Assembly (NCBI GenBank): GCA_051313645.2
Contig: JBNRSN020000013.1
Coordinates: 92,628,001 to 92,692,000, forward strand
Reading direction: 5' to 3'
DNA length: 64,000 nt
DNA from: Centroscyllium fabricii
Taxonomy: Eukaryota
Shown: piece after piece, positions 62,516 to 64,000 of the stretch
How the letters are laid out: each line of letters starts with the position of its first letter
How positions within the stretch are numbered: the stretch's first letter is position 1
Notes under the pieces: generated by a model
Told to the model about the DNA's origin: nothing
What the model saw: the letters and a program-made list of their open reading frames with translations, nothing else
Databases searched by the model: none
Translations under genes and position numbers: made by a program

Positions 62516-64000
62516 TAGGGTTGCAAAATTCCAGGAATTTTTAAAAGAAACAACTTTCCATGGGAATTTCCAGGAATTTAGATTTTTTTTTAAAATTGAT
62601 TGTTTTTGTCTCTGACCCCTATATTATCTTTGTCATCAATATAGACATACTGTTCCATACAAATAAAAACAGGCTTTCAAAACTTTATTTAAGTTATAAT
62701 TTTGAACTTTATTGAACCCCCACAAAAGGGACCCATCTAAAATAAAATAAAGAGCGTCAGCTTATTTAGCTTGTAATTTGTCCATATTTTGTCCCTTTGA
62801 GTCTTCTACTCATGAGTCTTCTACTCATCATTGCTCCTCCTGATTCTCTGACTCTGGCTCCATGTGTCCATTTACTCATCTGTGTCACTGTCTAGCTGTG
62901 TGGTGGACACTTCTGTATCTAGCTCAATAAGTTGTAGGTTCGCCCAGATAGCCACCTGTTTCTCCACGGCGGTCTTGTCAGTCAGTCTGTTGCGTCCCTT
63001 TGTATGCATATTCCAAAAAGTGACCAGTTTCGTTCAGAGGCCGCTGATGAAGGTGGGATTTGGTGCATCACCGAAGCAATGGGTGATAGGACCACAGATG
63101 CACAAAGTCCCATCCACGCACAGAGTCCCTTCCACCAGGTATGTGCACTGATATGCTTGCATGATTTCCATATCCCGTCCCCATTCCAAAGACCTTGCTT
63201 GGTAGAGAACTTTGCCAGACTTCCCAGAACTTTGCCCACGTCCAGATTGAGGTGGCGTGAGGGGGTAGAAATCACACTAAGCTCTGTTCTCCAGAAAGTA
63301 TTTGTCTCCCAACATGCTTTGGGTCCAGCATGTATGCTGCAGCATGAATCGGCTTGATACAAAATTCTTGACGCGTCTATTAATTGAACAATTGCTTTCT
63401 CCTCTGCTTTGAGCAGCAGGGATGTGGGTAGGGCAATGCTGATTTGTTCTTTCAAACCAGCAAAAAGCCGGAGAACATCTGAAGACAGCGTCATCTCCTT
63501 CAATCTAAGCAATTGCAGATGCTACTGGTGAGAGTAAATTAAGGCTGCTAACCACTCTCTCCCAAAACATCATCCAGCAGTATTTTTTTGATGGTGGTTT
63601 CCATATCCCCAGACTGGGATATTGCCATTTCTTGTAGCGACTCCTTAACCTCCAGAAAGCTGTTGTACATTATGACAACGCCACCCCATCTAGTGTTGCT
63701 GGGCAGCTTCATAGTGGTGTTCTTGTTCTTTGTCGTTTGCTTGGAGCTGTAGGTTTCTGCAACTACCTGTTTTCCCCTGATATAATTAACAACTTGCTTG
63801 GCTCTCTTTTACAATGTTTCCATGGTTCTCAAATCCATGATGTCCTTGAGGAGCAGGTTGAGCCCATGAACTGCACACCCAATAGGCCTCCTCCAATTGA
63901 GCCCAAACAGCCTTCATATTCGCAGCATTGTCAGTAACTGCTGCAAAGACCTTTTGTGATCCAAGATCGTTGATGACCGCTTTCAGCTCATCAGCAATGT
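62516..64000 (-). mobile_element. hAT DNA transposon with decayed transposase, running off the right edge
   Basis: Minus-strand motifs AVTDNAANMK, GCAVHGLNLLLKDI (CxxH), KLPSNTRW, WW and IPPSSAASERNWS. Putative end TAGGGTTGCAAAATTCC at about 62517. Confidence 0.85.

Noticed and set aside
49081-64000. GSK3B exon 4 (and exon 10 in 1-679)
   Set aside because: No matching peptide found by eye; they probably lie outside the window.

Overview
This is vertebrate genomic DNA, very probably from a cartilaginous fish (inferred from the V-SINE, DeuSINE and CR1 content). The window lies inside a GSK3B (glycogen synthase kinase-3 beta) gene on the minus strand. Five coding exons are present: 48950-49080, 41262-41368, 24794-24891, 19583-19678 and 680-866. 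Their lengths are 131/107/98/96/187 bp, all have canonical GT-AG ends, and they splice in frame. The introns are mostly nested transposons: several CR1 LINEs, L2, RTE and Rex1-like LINEs, V-SINEs, a DeuSINE, a Gypsy element, two solo LTRs, hAT and Tc1/mariner-type MITEs, a hAT transposase relic and Penelope-like fragments. Most notable: in all five CR1 ORF1/ORF2 junctions, ORF1 ends in T_TTA_AAC followed by a stop, which is the classic -1 slippery heptamer in the correct phase. In the three best-preserved copies the -1 frame runs open into the ORF2 endonuclease, suggesting programmed -1 frameshifting. The same cassette is where CR1 lineages appear to have swapped ORF1 and ORF2. Penelope-like fragments carry minimal hammerhead-ribozyme motifs. 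All comparisons were made by eye; no searches were run.
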